A DNA stretch of 64,000 bases, taken from contig CAXXVS010000003.1 in NCBI GenBank assembly GCA_963674755.2, positions 256,001 through 320,000 on the forward strand. Direction: 5' to 3'. Source of the stretch: Desulfobacterales bacterium. Lineage in GTDB: Bacteria > Desulfobacterota > Desulfobacteria > Desulfobacterales > UBA5852. Position 1 is the stretch's first letter. Each line of letters begins with the position of its first letter. The notes beneath the pieces were generated by a model. That model saw nothing but the letters and a program-made list of their open reading frames with translations, was not told where the DNA came from and ran no database searches. Made by a program: the position numbers and the translations under genes. Shown here piece by piece: positions 46,609 to 56,471 of this stretch.

Positions 46609-47922
46609 TTATCTCTGATGGTGTTTACGGTACTCGTTGATGTCACGGTCCCAGCCGCCTTCCACCTCGTCTTCTTTCCAGAAGATGTAGGGGTTGGAGC
46701 GCGGTTCTTTAACATGCTGCGGCACCGGATCGATTCCGGTGGCTTCGAGCAGCTTCTGGAAGCCCTGACGTTTCATGAGCTCACCGAGACGTTCGCGGTT
46801 CTTGCCTTCTTCCATCCACCAGTCCCAAACCGCTTCGATGACTTCCTTGATTTCATCGTAGGGTTCTTCCACCTTGATGAAGGGAACCAACAGGGAGCCC
46901 ATCTGGGCACCGTCCAGGATGGGGGCCTTGGCACCGGCCAGCATGGATGCGCCGCGGTCGTCGCCGATGCGCAGGGCACGCGGCATGACATTGATGCAGT
47001 GCATGCAGCGGGTACATTCTTTGTTGTCGATCTTAAGGGCCTTGCCATCCATCCACATGCATTTCGTGGGGCAGAGATCGATGACTTCCTTCTGGATGTC
47101 GAAGGCACCCCAGTCGCGGCCGGAATGGGCACCGGCGTTGGGCGGAAATTCGCCGCCGATGTAAGCCTGGACCGCTTCCTGGTCGATTTTGATGTCGTCT
47201 CTCCAGGTGCCGATGAAGGACAGGTCGGACCGGGCGATGGAGGCCACGCAGCAATTGGGGCAGCCGTCGAACTTGAATTTGAATTTGTAGGGGAAGGCCG
47301 GACGATGGAGTTCGTCCTGGTATTCCTGGGTCAGGGTGTAGCACAGCGCCTGGGTGTCGTAGCAGGCATATTCGCAACGGGCCTGGCCCACGCAGTCGGC
47401 CGGTGTCCGGAGGTTGGAGCCGGAGCCGCCAAGGTCCTGGTTGTAAGTATGTGTCAGTTCGTAGAAAATTTCTTCCAGCTGGGGTGTCGTGGTACCCAGG
47501 AAGATGATGTCGCCCGTGGACCCGTGCATATTGGTGATGCCGCTGCCGCGGAAATCCCACAGGTCGCACAGGTTACGCAGGTACTCGGTGGTGTAGAACT
47601 TGCCGCCCGGCTGGTTCACGCGCATGGTGTGAAAATGGGCCACCCCGGGGAAATTTTGGGGTTGGTCGCAGTAACGACCGATGACGCCGCCGCCGTATCC
47701 GAAGACGCCCACGATACCGCCGTGCTTCCAGTGGGTGGTGCCGTCTTCGTAAGAAAGTTCCAAAATGCCCAAGAGGTCTTCCACCACGTCCTGGGGGATC
47801 TGGAATTCAATGTTTTCAGCGTTTTTGGCGCGAACTTCAGCCTGCTGCTTCAAGTCGGACACAAAGCTTGGCCAAGGCCCGGACTCAAGCTGGTCCAACA
47901 AAGGCGTTGCGTGTTTTGCCAT
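46609..47922 (-). CDS. dsrA: Dissimilatory sulfite reductase alpha subunit
   Basis: TPLLDQLESGPWPSFV, THWKHGG, RTPADCVGQARC, KFDGCPNCC, CTRCMHC. Confidence 0.99.
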   Translation of the reverse strand: MAKHATPLLDQLESGPWPSFVSDLKQQAEVRAKNAENIEFQIPQDVVEDLLGILELSYEDGTTHWKHGGIVGVFGYGGGVIGRYCDQPQNFPGVAHFHTMRVNQPGGKFYTTEYLRNLCDLWDFRGSGITNMHGSTGDIIFLGTTTPQLEEIFYELTHTYNQDLGGSGSNLRTPADCVGQARCEYACYDTQALCYTLTQEYQDELHRPAFPYKFKFKFDGCPNCCVASIARSDLSFIGTWRDDIKIDQEAVQAYIGGEFPPNAGAHSGRDWGAFDIQKEVIDLCPTKCMWMDGKALKIDNKECTRCMHCINVMPRALRIGDDRGASMLAGAKAPILDGAQMGSLLVPFIKVEEPYDEIKEVIEAVWDWWMEEGKNRERLGELMKRQGFQKLLEATGIDPVPQHVKEPRSNPYIFWKEDEVEGGWDRDINEYRKHHQR

Positions 47923-48077
47923 CGTCTTACCTCCAGTTAAAATAGGAATTAACTATCTATACACAATCGTCGTTGCTACCAAAAGCTTTGGTTGGCTCCG
48001 CCGTCACCTCCTCTCAATTTCGTTTTGTTATATAAGGTATCATCGCGAGTGGAATTTTTAAGGCCGTTAAGTCGTTT

Positions 48078-48106
48078 GATATAAAATTAAACCGGTTTCT
48101 TGTCAA
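48078..48106 (-). promoter_or_regulatory. Candidate dsrA promoter
   Basis: Minus strand TTGACA (48106-48101), 17 nt, TATATC (weak -10), in an AT-rich intergenic region. Confidence 0.45.
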
Positions 48107-48257
48107 TAAAAAAGCATGGTTTCGCGGGGTTAAGCACACCCTCCCATTATCATCCGGTTATCTTGTGAACCCCGCCTTCAAAACCCCTTTATCTTGTGGT
48201 TTTCATAAAGCAACTGCCGATTTCGCGACCGTGCTGAAACAACCTCCGAAGCCCCCC

Positions 48258-49469
48258 TCAATGGGCTTGAAACCGCCTCTGCAAGGTTTCATGAAGCAAT
48301 GCGCCATGGGATGCCAAATTGGCACGAATGAGGCCTTTTTCCATGTCCATGAGCTGATAGCGCTCGGCCACGAGAGACAACAACTCCATCACTTCATCTA
48401 AGGCGTAAGCGTCGAGTAATCTTTTGACCTCTATCGATTGGTCTTCATCGAGAGCGTCGAAAAACCCCCTTATGGTCTCCTGAACCGCGATGGCATCGGC
48501 CCAGGCCGGAGGGCCGGTGCCATCCAGCCGATCCAATCGGTTGCGAATGGTCAGGTTGAAAAAGAATACCAGAAGAGCCGTCAGGCGAGCCTCCGCCTCC
48601 AGCTCGCCGTTGCGGTCCCCGATGGTCGGCGCATATTGGCGAACCGTAATGAGCCGCAGATCCAAAGCATCGTCCTTCACCCGCAAAACGAAATCACCGG
48701 AGGCATGATGCCAGGGATAGATCTGTTCGGTGGTATGGGGATTAAACGCGCGGGTCAGCAAAAAGGCCACCCGGCGGTAAACCGCCGCTTGCTGACGGTC
48801 GGACAGATAAAAAGGCGCGGTCGTCGTATCCCAGACCACCATTCCCTGGCGGCCTTTTTGCGGGTCGATGGACAGATGGAACTCATGAAAGCCCTCGAAC
48901 CAATCCGCCAGAAACATGGAAAGCGGCGCATGGTTGGCGCCAGGTACCGTTGCAAGACCGTAAACGGCCGGTACACCGTCCGGGGGCAAGCGTCCGGCAA
49001 CGCTGTTGAGGGCGTTGATTTCGCTGGCCATCCAAGTGCGGCCGTGCGGCGTCACGGCGACATTGAGCACCAGCGACAGCACCCCATCCTTGCAGGGCAC
49101 AAGAATGCGGGCCGGATGATAAAACTCACCGTGCTTCTCGAGGATGATCTCCAACGTTTCCCCATGGAACTCATCGGCGCACAAGGGATAGCGGACCATC
49201 AGGGCCTTACGCACATGGTCCTGGCCTTCCCCTTGTAAATAGTCTCGTATCGCCTGGAAATAGTTGCCGTGGGTGATCGGCTCTGCGTTGACGTCTTGGG
49301 GCGCGGAAGAACCGGGAAGAGGTTTCCTGATGGAGGGCAGGGGGGTGTTCCATACACGATGGTCCGGACGGATGACGCCGTCATATCCGGTAATGCGGTA
49401 AACGATAGCGATGCGCCACCCCCCCTTTGATGGATGCGGTCGGGGGTTCGCCCGACCACCAAATATCAT
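48258..49469 (-). CDS. Hypothetical protein with atypical kinase-like (APH/Kdo-type) motif order
   Basis: 403-aa ORF; its ATG overlaps the TPR gene's TGA (ATGA). Motifs are described in the findings. Confidence 0.75.
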   Translation of the reverse strand: MIFGGRANPRPHPSKGGWRIAIVYRITGYDGVIRPDHRVWNTPLPSIRKPLPGSSAPQDVNAEPITHGNYFQAIRDYLQGEGQDHVRKALMVRYPLCADEFHGETLEIILEKHGEFYHPARILVPCKDGVLSLVLNVAVTPHGRTWMASEINALNSVAGRLPPDGVPAVYGLATVPGANHAPLSMFLADWFEGFHEFHLSIDPQKGRQGMVVWDTTTAPFYLSDRQQAAVYRRVAFLLTRAFNPHTTEQIYPWHHASGDFVLRVKDDALDLRLITVRQYAPTIGDRNGELEAEARLTALLVFFFNLTIRNRLDRLDGTGPPAWADAIAVQETIRGFFDALDEDQSIEVKRLLDAYALDEVMELLSLVAERYQLMDMEKGLIRANLASHGALLHETLQRRFQAH

Positions 49470-50092
49470 TCCCCGCGATACGCTTTCAGCTCATCTATGA
49501 TTTGCGGGGCCACGTCATAACCTAAAGCCTGGGCCTGGTCGATATGTTCCATGGCCTTGTCAAAATCCCCTTTTTCCATATAGGCGATACCCAAATTATT
49601 GTGGGCGATCGGGAAGTTAGGGTCAATTTTGAGGGCCTGCTGACAGGCCTCGATACTCTCCTCCACCTCGCCTTTCATCAGATGGGCGGTGGCAAGGGAG
49701 GCAAAGGCCTGCACATAGCGAAAATTGAAATGCGTGGCGCGTTTCAGGGAAACGATGGCCTCATCGACATTACCCAGCTGCAAATGGACAAACCCGATAT
49801 TGCCGTGCCCTTCCGAAAATCCCGGCCGGGCTTTCACCGCCTGCTGGTTCCATTTGAGGCAACCTTCCAGGTCACCCCGCCGCAGACACAGGGCCCCCAG
49901 TTGGACATAGCCCTCCGCCAGTCCGGGGCTGCATTCGATGGCGGCCATCAACTCCCTTTCCGCTTCTTCAAGCTCCTGGGTACCCATAAGGGCCACGGCC
50001 AGATTGTAGTGGGAGGTGCCGCAATCCGGATTAGCGGCAATGGCCTGGCGCTGTTCGGCGATAAATTCCTGCGCATTCTGTGGTTTGTTCAT
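49466..50092 (-). CDS. Tetratricopeptide repeat protein
   Basis: About five 34-aa repeats (HYNLA, YVQLG, HGNIG, FASLA, HNNLG); GAGG RBS. Confidence 0.93.
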   Translation of the reverse strand: MNKPQNAQEFIAEQRQAIAANPDCGTSHYNLAVALMGTQELEEAERELMAAIECSPGLAEGYVQLGALCLRRGDLEGCLKWNQQAVKARPGFSEGHGNIGFVHLQLGNVDEAIVSLKRATHFNFRYVQAFASLATAHLMKGEVEESIEACQQALKIDPNFPIAHNNLGIAYMEKGDFDKAMEHIDQAQALGYDVAPQIIDELKAYRGE

Positions 50093-50195
50093 CGTTGTTT
50101 CCTCACCATCTTAATATCACTATAGTTGATTGGGGCTCAGGGCATCCATCGAATTGTCATTTTAAAAATGGTTTGGGTAATATGCCCCTTACGCT

Positions 50196-50250
50196 CTGTC
50201 AAGGGAAAAGACCTGATCTATCACGGATATAGGCGCTTTTCCCTTGACAG
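50196..50250. promoter_or_regulatory. 15-bp perfect inverted repeat carrying divergent TTGACA boxes
   Basis: CTGTCAAGGGAAAAG (50196-50210) and CTTTTCCCTTGACAG (50236-50250). Confidence 0.65.
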
Positions 50251-50335
50251 GGAGGCCGCATTTCTTTACCTCTCAGGGACTTGGACCCGCTCTATGGATC
50301 CCAGACTAATATTTAATTCTTCTCAGGAGGGCGAC

Positions 50336-51370
50336 ATGCAACCAGGAAGCTATACCGCCATCATCACCCCGTTTGACGGCGATGCGGTGGATTATGACGG
50401 TCTCGATCGTCTGGTCGATTTTCAGATCGTCAACGGCATCACAGGCATTCTGGCCGCGGGGACCACCGGCGAAAGCCCGGCCCTGTCATGGGACGAACAT
50501 AATCAGATCGTGGAACGGATTGCCAAGCGGACCCAAAACAAAGGCCTGTGCATCGCCGGCACCGGCAGCAACAACACACGGGAAGCGCTGGAGGCCACCC
50601 GGCTCGCCGCCCAGGCCGGGGTAGATGCCGTCCTTCTGGTGGACCCTTATTATAATGGCCCCAGCTCTCTGGAAATCCGCCGGGAATACGTGGCGCCCAT
50701 TGCCGCCGCGTTTCCGCAGCTGCAAGTGATCCCCTATGTCATTCCGGGGCGCACCGGCACCCAATTGCTGCCCGAGGATCTGGGTCTCCTGAGCCAACAG
50801 TATGCAAACGTATCCTGTGTCAAGGAAGCCACCGGCAAACTTGACAACATGAGACGGACCCGCACCTGCTGTGGGCCCCAATTTACGATCCTTTCCGGTG
50901 ACGACGGCATGACCTTCGCTATGATGACCGATCCCAATATCAACGCCAGCGGCGTGATTTCGGTGATCTCCAACGTGGTCCCGGGCGCCGTTGCCCAACT
51001 GGTGAAACTTTTGGCGGAAAACAACATCGACCAGGCGGAAGCCCTGAAAAATGATTTAACACCCCTCTTCGGTCTGGTCACCGTCTCCACCACGGAAAAG
51101 ACCCCTTTCGGCCCGGTCACGGCCCGCTTCCGCAATCCCAGCGCCATCAAGGCCTTGATGACCATTCTGGGGATGCCTTGCGGCGGATGCCGCCCGCCCC
51201 TGGGCAAACTGACGCCCAATGCCATCGAAGCGGTCCTGGCGATCGCCCGCAGGGTGCAGGCTGCCAACCCCTCCATTTTCAAACCTTGTGCCGAATTTTT
51301 CGGTGTCGATATCGATGGGCGTCTAAACGACCCGCACAACTGGCAAGACCTGGTCTACGCCGATTATTGA
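50336..51370 (+). CDS. dapA: 4-hydroxy-tetrahydrodipicolinate synthase
   Basis: TAIITPF, GTTGES, AGTGSNNT, PYYN, PGRTG, VKEA, SGDD; AGGAGG RBS before ATG 50336. Confidence 0.93.
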   Translation: MQPGSYTAIITPFDGDAVDYDGLDRLVDFQIVNGITGILAAGTTGESPALSWDEHNQIVERIAKRTQNKGLCIAGTGSNNTREALEATRLAAQAGVDAVLLVDPYYNGPSSLEIRREYVAPIAAAFPQLQVIPYVIPGRTGTQLLPEDLGLLSQQYANVSCVKEATGKLDNMRRTRTCCGPQFTILSGDDGMTFAMMTDPNINASGVISVISNVVPGAVAQLVKLLAENNIDQAEALKNDLTPLFGLVTVSTTEKTPFGPVTARFRNPSAIKALMTILGMPCGGCRPPLGKLTPNAIEAVLAIARRVQAANPSIFKPCAEFFGVDIDGRLNDPHNWQDLVYADY

Positions 51371-51397
51371 AAACAGACACCAGGAGCCAAAAATTAT

Positions 51398-51435
51398 AGC
51401 GGGAAGCAACCTTGTAGGCTGCTTCCCGCTTTTTT
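51398..51435 (+). terminator. Intrinsic terminator after dapA
   Basis: AGCGGGAAGCA / TGCTTCCCGCT stem and T tract. Confidence 0.85.
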
Positions 51436-51468
51436 AGTGGTTTTCAGATTTGGGCCGTACCAACAGAG

Positions 51469-53202
51469 CTATTTCACCCGGCCCTCCCGCCAGGCCTGGA
51501 TCAACTGGTCGTAGTCGACGGTCTCTCCCTTGGGTTTTTCATTGGCCAGCTTGGCTTTGGGAGCCCCGGGCTGGTTCAGCCAGTAAGCCTCGTCTTTCAC
51601 AGGATTAAGTTTGGGCCCGCACTCCCCCTGGGTTCCGGAACGGGCGATGCGCTGCATCACGCGGTCCATCTCCTTGGCCAGATTGTCCATGGCGGTGTTT
51701 ACCGTTACCTCGCCGGCCACGGCCTCGCCGATGTTCTGCCACCACAACTGGGCCAGCTTCGGATAATCAGGCACGTTGACGCCGGTGGGCGTCCAGGCCA
51801 CGCGGGCCGGGCTGCGGTAGAACTCCACCAAGCCGCCCAGTTTGGGTGCCCGCTCGGTAAAGGATTTGTCGCGGATGTCGCTGTCGCGGATGGGCGTCAA
51901 GCCCACATGGGCTTTTTTAAGCGATGTGGTCTTGGCCACGCAGAACTGCGCGAACAGCCAGGCGGCCTTGCGGCGCTCCAGGGGCGTGCTCTTCATGAAC
52001 GTCCATGAACCGCAATCCTGGTAGCCCAGCTTCATGCCCTCTTCCCAATAGGGTCCGTGGGGCGAAGGGGCCATACGCCACTTGGGGGTGCCGTCCTCGT
52101 TCACCGTGGGACCCGGCTCCACCATGCTTGGCAGAAAGGCCGTATACCAAAAAATCTGCTGGGCCACGCTGCCGTTGGCCAGGAAAGGCAGATAGGTATA
52201 AAAATCCATGCCAAGGCTGCCGGGAGGAGCATATTTTCTTAGCCATTCCATATACTTGCGAAGGGCATATTTGGCCGCCGGGCCGTTGGTGGCGCCCCCG
52301 CGGGACACGCTGGCACCCACCGGACGGCAACCTTCCATGCGGATTCCCCATTCATCGACCGGCCGGCCGTTGGGGAGCCCCTTGTCGCCGGCACCGGCCA
52401 TGGACAACCAGGCATCGGTGAAGCGCCATCCCAGATCCGGGGCTTTCTTACCGTAATCGTTGTGACCGAAAATGGCCTTGCCGTCGATCTCCCGGACATG
52501 TTCGGTGAAAAACTCGGCGATGTCCTCGTAGGCCGACCAGTTGACCGGCACTCCCAGGTCATAGCCGTAGATCTCCTTGAACTGCTGCCGGAAGTCAGGC
52601 CGTTTGAACCAGTCGTAGCGGAACCAATAAAGATTGGCGAACTGCTGATCCGGCAGCTGATAGAGTTTGCCGTCCGGGCCGGTGGTAAAGGACTTGCCCA
52701 TGAAGTCATCCACGTCCAGGGTCGGCAGGGTTACGTCCTTGCCCTCGCCGGCCATGAAATCGCTCAGCGGGACGACGTAGCCATAGCGGGCATGGGTGCC
52801 GATGAGGTCGGAATCGTTGATCCAGCCATCGTAAATATTCTCGCCCGAAGCCCACTGGGTCTGGAGCTTTTCGATGACGTCGCCTTCCTGGATCAGGTCG
52901 AAAGACACCTTGATGCCGGTGATCTCTTCGAAGGCCTTGGCCAGGACCTTAGCCTCATACTCATGGGTGGGGATGGTTTCCGAGACCACCTTGATGTTCA
53001 TATCCTTGAAGGGCCGGGCCGCGTTGATAAACCACTCCATTTCTTTCATCTGCTGCTCTTTGGTCAGGGTTGAGGGCTGGAATTCCTCATCAACCCATTT
53101 CTTGGCGGCGGCCATATCAGCCACGGCCGGACCCGCCGCCATGGCAAACATGATCGCCAATGCAACTCCCAGAAGCATGGTCTTTCTCATTTTTACTTGC
53201 AT
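51469..53202 (-). CDS. glpV: Glycerol ABC transporter substrate-binding protein (GlpV type)
   Basis: Signal peptide; 'EFQPSTL', 'VVSETIPTHEYE', 'NDSDLIGTH', 'QLPDQQFANLYWFRYDWF', 'KLGYQD'; 577 aa. Confidence 0.88.
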   Translation of the reverse strand: MQVKMRKTMLLGVALAIMFAMAAGPAVADMAAAKKWVDEEFQPSTLTKEQQMKEMEWFINAARPFKDMNIKVVSETIPTHEYEAKVLAKAFEEITGIKVSFDLIQEGDVIEKLQTQWASGENIYDGWINDSDLIGTHARYGYVVPLSDFMAGEGKDVTLPTLDVDDFMGKSFTTGPDGKLYQLPDQQFANLYWFRYDWFKRPDFRQQFKEIYGYDLGVPVNWSAYEDIAEFFTEHVREIDGKAIFGHNDYGKKAPDLGWRFTDAWLSMAGAGDKGLPNGRPVDEWGIRMEGCRPVGASVSRGGATNGPAAKYALRKYMEWLRKYAPPGSLGMDFYTYLPFLANGSVAQQIFWYTAFLPSMVEPGPTVNEDGTPKWRMAPSPHGPYWEEGMKLGYQDCGSWTFMKSTPLERRKAAWLFAQFCVAKTTSLKKAHVGLTPIRDSDIRDKSFTERAPKLGGLVEFYRSPARVAWTPTGVNVPDYPKLAQLWWQNIGEAVAGEVTVNTAMDNLAKEMDRVMQRIARSGTQGECGPKLNPVKDEAYWLNQPGAPKAKLANEKPKGETVDYDQLIQAWREGRVK

Positions 53203-53369
53203 GAGGTTCCTCCTTTGCGCCTTCGGGGGTGGGATTGGTTTGTTCGGACGGCATCGCCGGCGAGAAGGCTGTATCGCCTGACGAAAAGGGCACGTCCTTT
53301 TTTAAGCCGAGGTGGAGCGACAGTGAACATGAGGGACGTTAAACCGCCTAACGTCCCCATGCGTCGGGA

Positions 53370-53648
53370 CTATGCCCAGCGCATGGCGATAAACACCCAA
53401 ACCACGGAGATCGGCATGGCGTACCACAGATTTGCATCGGTCAGTCCGAGCCAGGCCAGATGAATATAAGCGGTTCCCAACAACCCGATAAAAAAGCGGG
53501 TTCCCCGTGTGGTCGGAATTTTCAGAAATCCGCGGCGCTCGATGGTGGGGGAAACCAGTTCCCAGACGAACATGCCGACTAGCATCAGGAAGATGGTGAT
53601 GAAAAAGATCGCCGTCGGGACCGTCCAATACATCCACGCTAAGCTCAT
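53370..53648 (-). CDS. glpU: Small membrane protein DUF2160 (GlpU type)
   Basis: 'WMYWT.PTAIFF', 'RRGFL.IPTTRG.RFFI', 'IHLAWLG'. Confidence 0.85.
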   Translation of the reverse strand: MSLAWMYWTVPTAIFFITIFLMLVGMFVWELVSPTIERRGFLKIPTTRGTRFFIGLLGTAYIHLAWLGLTDANLWYAMPISVVWVFIAMRWA

Positions 53649-53660
53649 TCGCATTCCCTT

Positions 53661-54464
53661 CTATACACGACCCAGGGCGAACCCCTTGGCAAGGTGATTG
53701 CGCACGAACCAGATAACCAGAGCCCCCGGTACGATGGTGAGGACACCGTTGGCGGCCAGCAGTCCCCAATCCAAACCCGTGGCGCTGATGGTACGGGTCA
53801 TGGTGGCCACGATGGGTTTGGCCTCGGTCACCGTCAGCGTCCGGGCAAACAGCAGCTCGACCCAGCTGAACATGAAGCAGAAGAAGGCCGTCACCCCCAC
53901 TCCGGCCCGGATGAGCGGAAGGAAGAGCGTAAAGAAAAATCGTGGGAAGGTATAGCCGTCAATAAAGGCGGTTTCGTCGATCTCCTTGGGAACCCCCGAC
54001 ATGAACCCTTCCAGGATCCAGACCGCCAGGGGCACGTTGAACAGGCAGTGGGCCAAGGCCACCGCGACATGCGTATCGATAAGATTCACGGTGGAGTAGA
54101 GTTGGAAGTAGGGCAGCAGGAAGACGGCCGGCGGAGCCATGCGGTTCGTCAACAGCCAAAAGAACATCTGTCCGTCGCCCAGAAATTTATAGCGCGAAAA
54201 AGCGTAGGCGGCCGGCAGGGCAAACGCCAGCGACATCACGGTATTCATGCCAACGTAGATGATGGCATTGATATAGCCCGAGTACCAGGTCGGGTCGGTG
54301 AAGATCTTGATGTAGTTTTTGAAAGTCATGTTGGCGGGATATAAGGAAAACGAACTCAGGATATCGGCGTTGCTGCGCAGGGACATGTTGACCATCCAAT
54401 AGATGGGGACCATGAGCAGCAGGAAATAGAAGAGCAACGCCATGGTTCGCTTGCGTACTTTCAT
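53661..54464 (-). CDS. Carbohydrate ABC permease (rhizobial GlpQ type)
   Basis: 'FFWLLTNRMAPPAVF', EAA-like loop 'EIDETAFIDG'. Confidence 0.92.
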   Translation of the reverse strand: MKVRKRTMALLFYFLLLMVPIYWMVNMSLRSNADILSSFSLYPANMTFKNYIKIFTDPTWYSGYINAIIYVGMNTVMSLAFALPAAYAFSRYKFLGDGQMFFWLLTNRMAPPAVFLLPYFQLYSTVNLIDTHVAVALAHCLFNVPLAVWILEGFMSGVPKEIDETAFIDGYTFPRFFFTLFLPLIRAGVGVTAFFCFMFSWVELLFARTLTVTEAKPIVATMTRTISATGLDWGLLAANGVLTIVPGALVIWFVRNHLAKGFALGRV

Positions 54465-55345
54465 GAAACCTTGTCTCCTTTCCCGACGTTCAGGAGGGCC
54501 TGGTAAAAGATGAAGCTGAATAGCAATACGATGAGGAAATAGATCAGGGAAAACGCCGCCGCCGGTCCCAGATCAAATTGTCCGGTGGCCAGCTTGACCA
54601 GATAGATCGATAAAAAGGTCGTGGAATTGCCCGGCCCGCCGCCCGTGAGGGAAAAGGGTTCGGCGTAAATCAGAAAACTGTCCATCCAGCGCAGCAGCAC
54701 GGCGATGGTCAAAACCCCGCGCATCTTGGGCAGCTGGATATAGCAAAAGATGGCCCAGGGCGAGGCCCCGTCAATTTTGGCCGCCTGGTAATAGGCCTCC
54801 GGAATGGCCCGCAAGCCGGCATAGCACAGCAGAGCCACCAGCGGTGTCCAGTGCCAGACCTCCATGGCCATCAGGGTGATCCAGGCGAAGGAGGGCCGCG
54901 CCGTATGATCGAAGGGCACGTCGAGCAGGTGCAGACTGTTGATGCCGACCCCGAACAGACCGATGTCCGGCCGGGTGAAGATGATCCAGATGGTGCCGAT
55001 CACATTCCAGGGAATCAGCAGCGGGATGGCCAGGGTGACCAGGCTGGCGGAAACCCCCCAGCCCTTTTTGGGCATGGCCAGGGCGATGATGATGCCCAGG
55101 GGAATTTCAATCAGCAGCACCAGACCGGAAAAAAGGAATTGCCGCCACAGCGCATCGTGCAGACGGTAGTCCGTCAGCATCTGTTTGAACCATTCCGTTC
55201 CCACGAAGACGGCGTTGTCCGGGCCAAAAATGTCCTGAACGGAATAGTTGACCACGGTCATCAGGGGTATAATGGCGCTGAAGGCCACCACGACAAACAC
55301 CGGCAGCACAAGGTACCAGGCCCGGTTGTCCTCCCACTTTTCCAT
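54461..55345 (-). CDS. Carbohydrate ABC permease (rhizobial GlpP type)
   Basis: 'PLMTVVNYSVQD', 'VWHWT', 'YYQAAKIDGAS', 'LTGGGPG'. Confidence 0.92.
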   Translation of the reverse strand: MEKWEDNRAWYLVLPVFVVVAFSAIIPLMTVVNYSVQDIFGPDNAVFVGTEWFKQMLTDYRLHDALWRQFLFSGLVLLIEIPLGIIIALAMPKKGWGVSASLVTLAIPLLIPWNVIGTIWIIFTRPDIGLFGVGINSLHLLDVPFDHTARPSFAWITLMAMEVWHWTPLVALLCYAGLRAIPEAYYQAAKIDGASPWAIFCYIQLPKMRGVLTIAVLLRWMDSFLIYAEPFSLTGGGPGNSTTFLSIYLVKLATGQFDLGPAAAFSLIYFLIVLLFSFIFYQALLNVGKGDKVS

Positions 55346-55357
55346 GCCGCTCTCCCC

Positions 55358-56443
55358 TTATCCTACCAGTCGTTCATCGGCATATAGCTTGGTCCGCGAC
55401 GGCGGAAATTTCAGCCAGGCCCTCCGGGATGGCACCGTGTGCCCTTCCGGCAGGCGGGCCCGGATGATATGGTTATTGAGGCCGGCGGTCAGAATCTTGA
55501 AGCTGCCCTGGTCCTCCAGCGCCTTGACCGTTACCGGCACCCCGCCTTCGACGGCTGCATCATGGACCTCCAGATGCATGGGGCGGATGCCCAGTTCCAG
55601 TACACCTTTGGTTTGGGCTCCCCGGGCGGCGGTTTCCGGCAAGAGGCCAATGGTCACGTCGTCGACCCGAGCCATCTGTCCCTCGAGGGTGCATGGCAGG
55701 AAATTCATCCCCGGACTCCCGATGAAATACCCCACGAATTTATGCTGAGGATTTTCAAAAAGTTGCTCCGGCGTGCCGATCTGAACGATTTCGCCCTCGT
55801 ACATGATGATCACCTGATCCGCAAAGGTGAGGGCTTCCACCTGGTCATGGGTTACGTAGATCAGCGTCAGTCTCAGCTGTTCGTGGATTTCCTTGAGCTT
55901 GCGGCGCAAATGCCATTTCAAATGAGGATCGATGACGGTCAGAGGTTCATCGAAGAGCACGGCCGCCACGTCGCTGCGCACCAGGCCCCGCCCCAGGGAA
56001 ATTTTTTGCTTGGCATCGGCGCTCAAACCGGCGGCTTTTTTCCCCAGATCTTCGGTCAGATCGAGAATGTCGGCCACCTCCTTAACGCGGGCGGCCGTAT
56101 CGGTCTTGTTAAAGCCCCTGTTTTTCAAGGGAAACGCCAGATTGTCGTAAACACTCATGGTATCGTAGAGAACCGGAAACTGAAAAACCTGGGCGATGTT
56201 GCGTTTGTCCGGCGGCAGTGCGGTGACATCGACGCCATCGTAAAGCACGTTCCCACGGCTGGGCTTGAGCAGTCCCGAAATGACGTTGAGGAGGGTGGTC
56301 TTTCCGCATCCGGAGGGGCCTAAAAGGGCGTAGGCGCCGCCGTCCTCCCACACCGTATTGATTTCCTTGAGCGCATAATCCGACGGTGTTTTAGGATTCC
56401 GATTGTAGGAGTGAGCGATTTCGACAAATTCGATGCGCGCCAT
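55358..56443 (-). CDS. ABC transporter ATP-binding protein (rhizobial GlpT type)
   Basis: GPSGCGKTT, AQVFQ, degenerate signature LSADAKQ, LFDEP, YVTHDQ. GGAGAGG RBS before ATG 56443. Confidence 0.93.
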   Translation of the reverse strand: MARIEFVEIAHSYNRNPKTPSDYALKEINTVWEDGGAYALLGPSGCGKTTLLNVISGLLKPSRGNVLYDGVDVTALPPDKRNIAQVFQFPVLYDTMSVYDNLAFPLKNRGFNKTDTAARVKEVADILDLTEDLGKKAAGLSADAKQKISLGRGLVRSDVAAVLFDEPLTVIDPHLKWHLRRKLKEIHEQLRLTLIYVTHDQVEALTFADQVIIMYEGEIVQIGTPEQLFENPQHKFVGYFIGSPGMNFLPCTLEGQMARVDDVTIGLLPETAARGAQTKGVLELGIRPMHLEVHDAAVEGGVPVTVKALEDQGSFKILTAGLNNHIIRARLPEGHTVPSRRAWLKFPPSRTKLYADERLVG

Positions 56444-56471
56444 AATCCTCTCCCCGTTGTCGCCAAGCCCC

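Noticed and set aside
48163..48183. Rex operator upstream of dsrA (TTGTGAA...TTCAAAA)
   Set aside because: Half-site spacing is 7 nt rather than 4 and the right half is imperfect.
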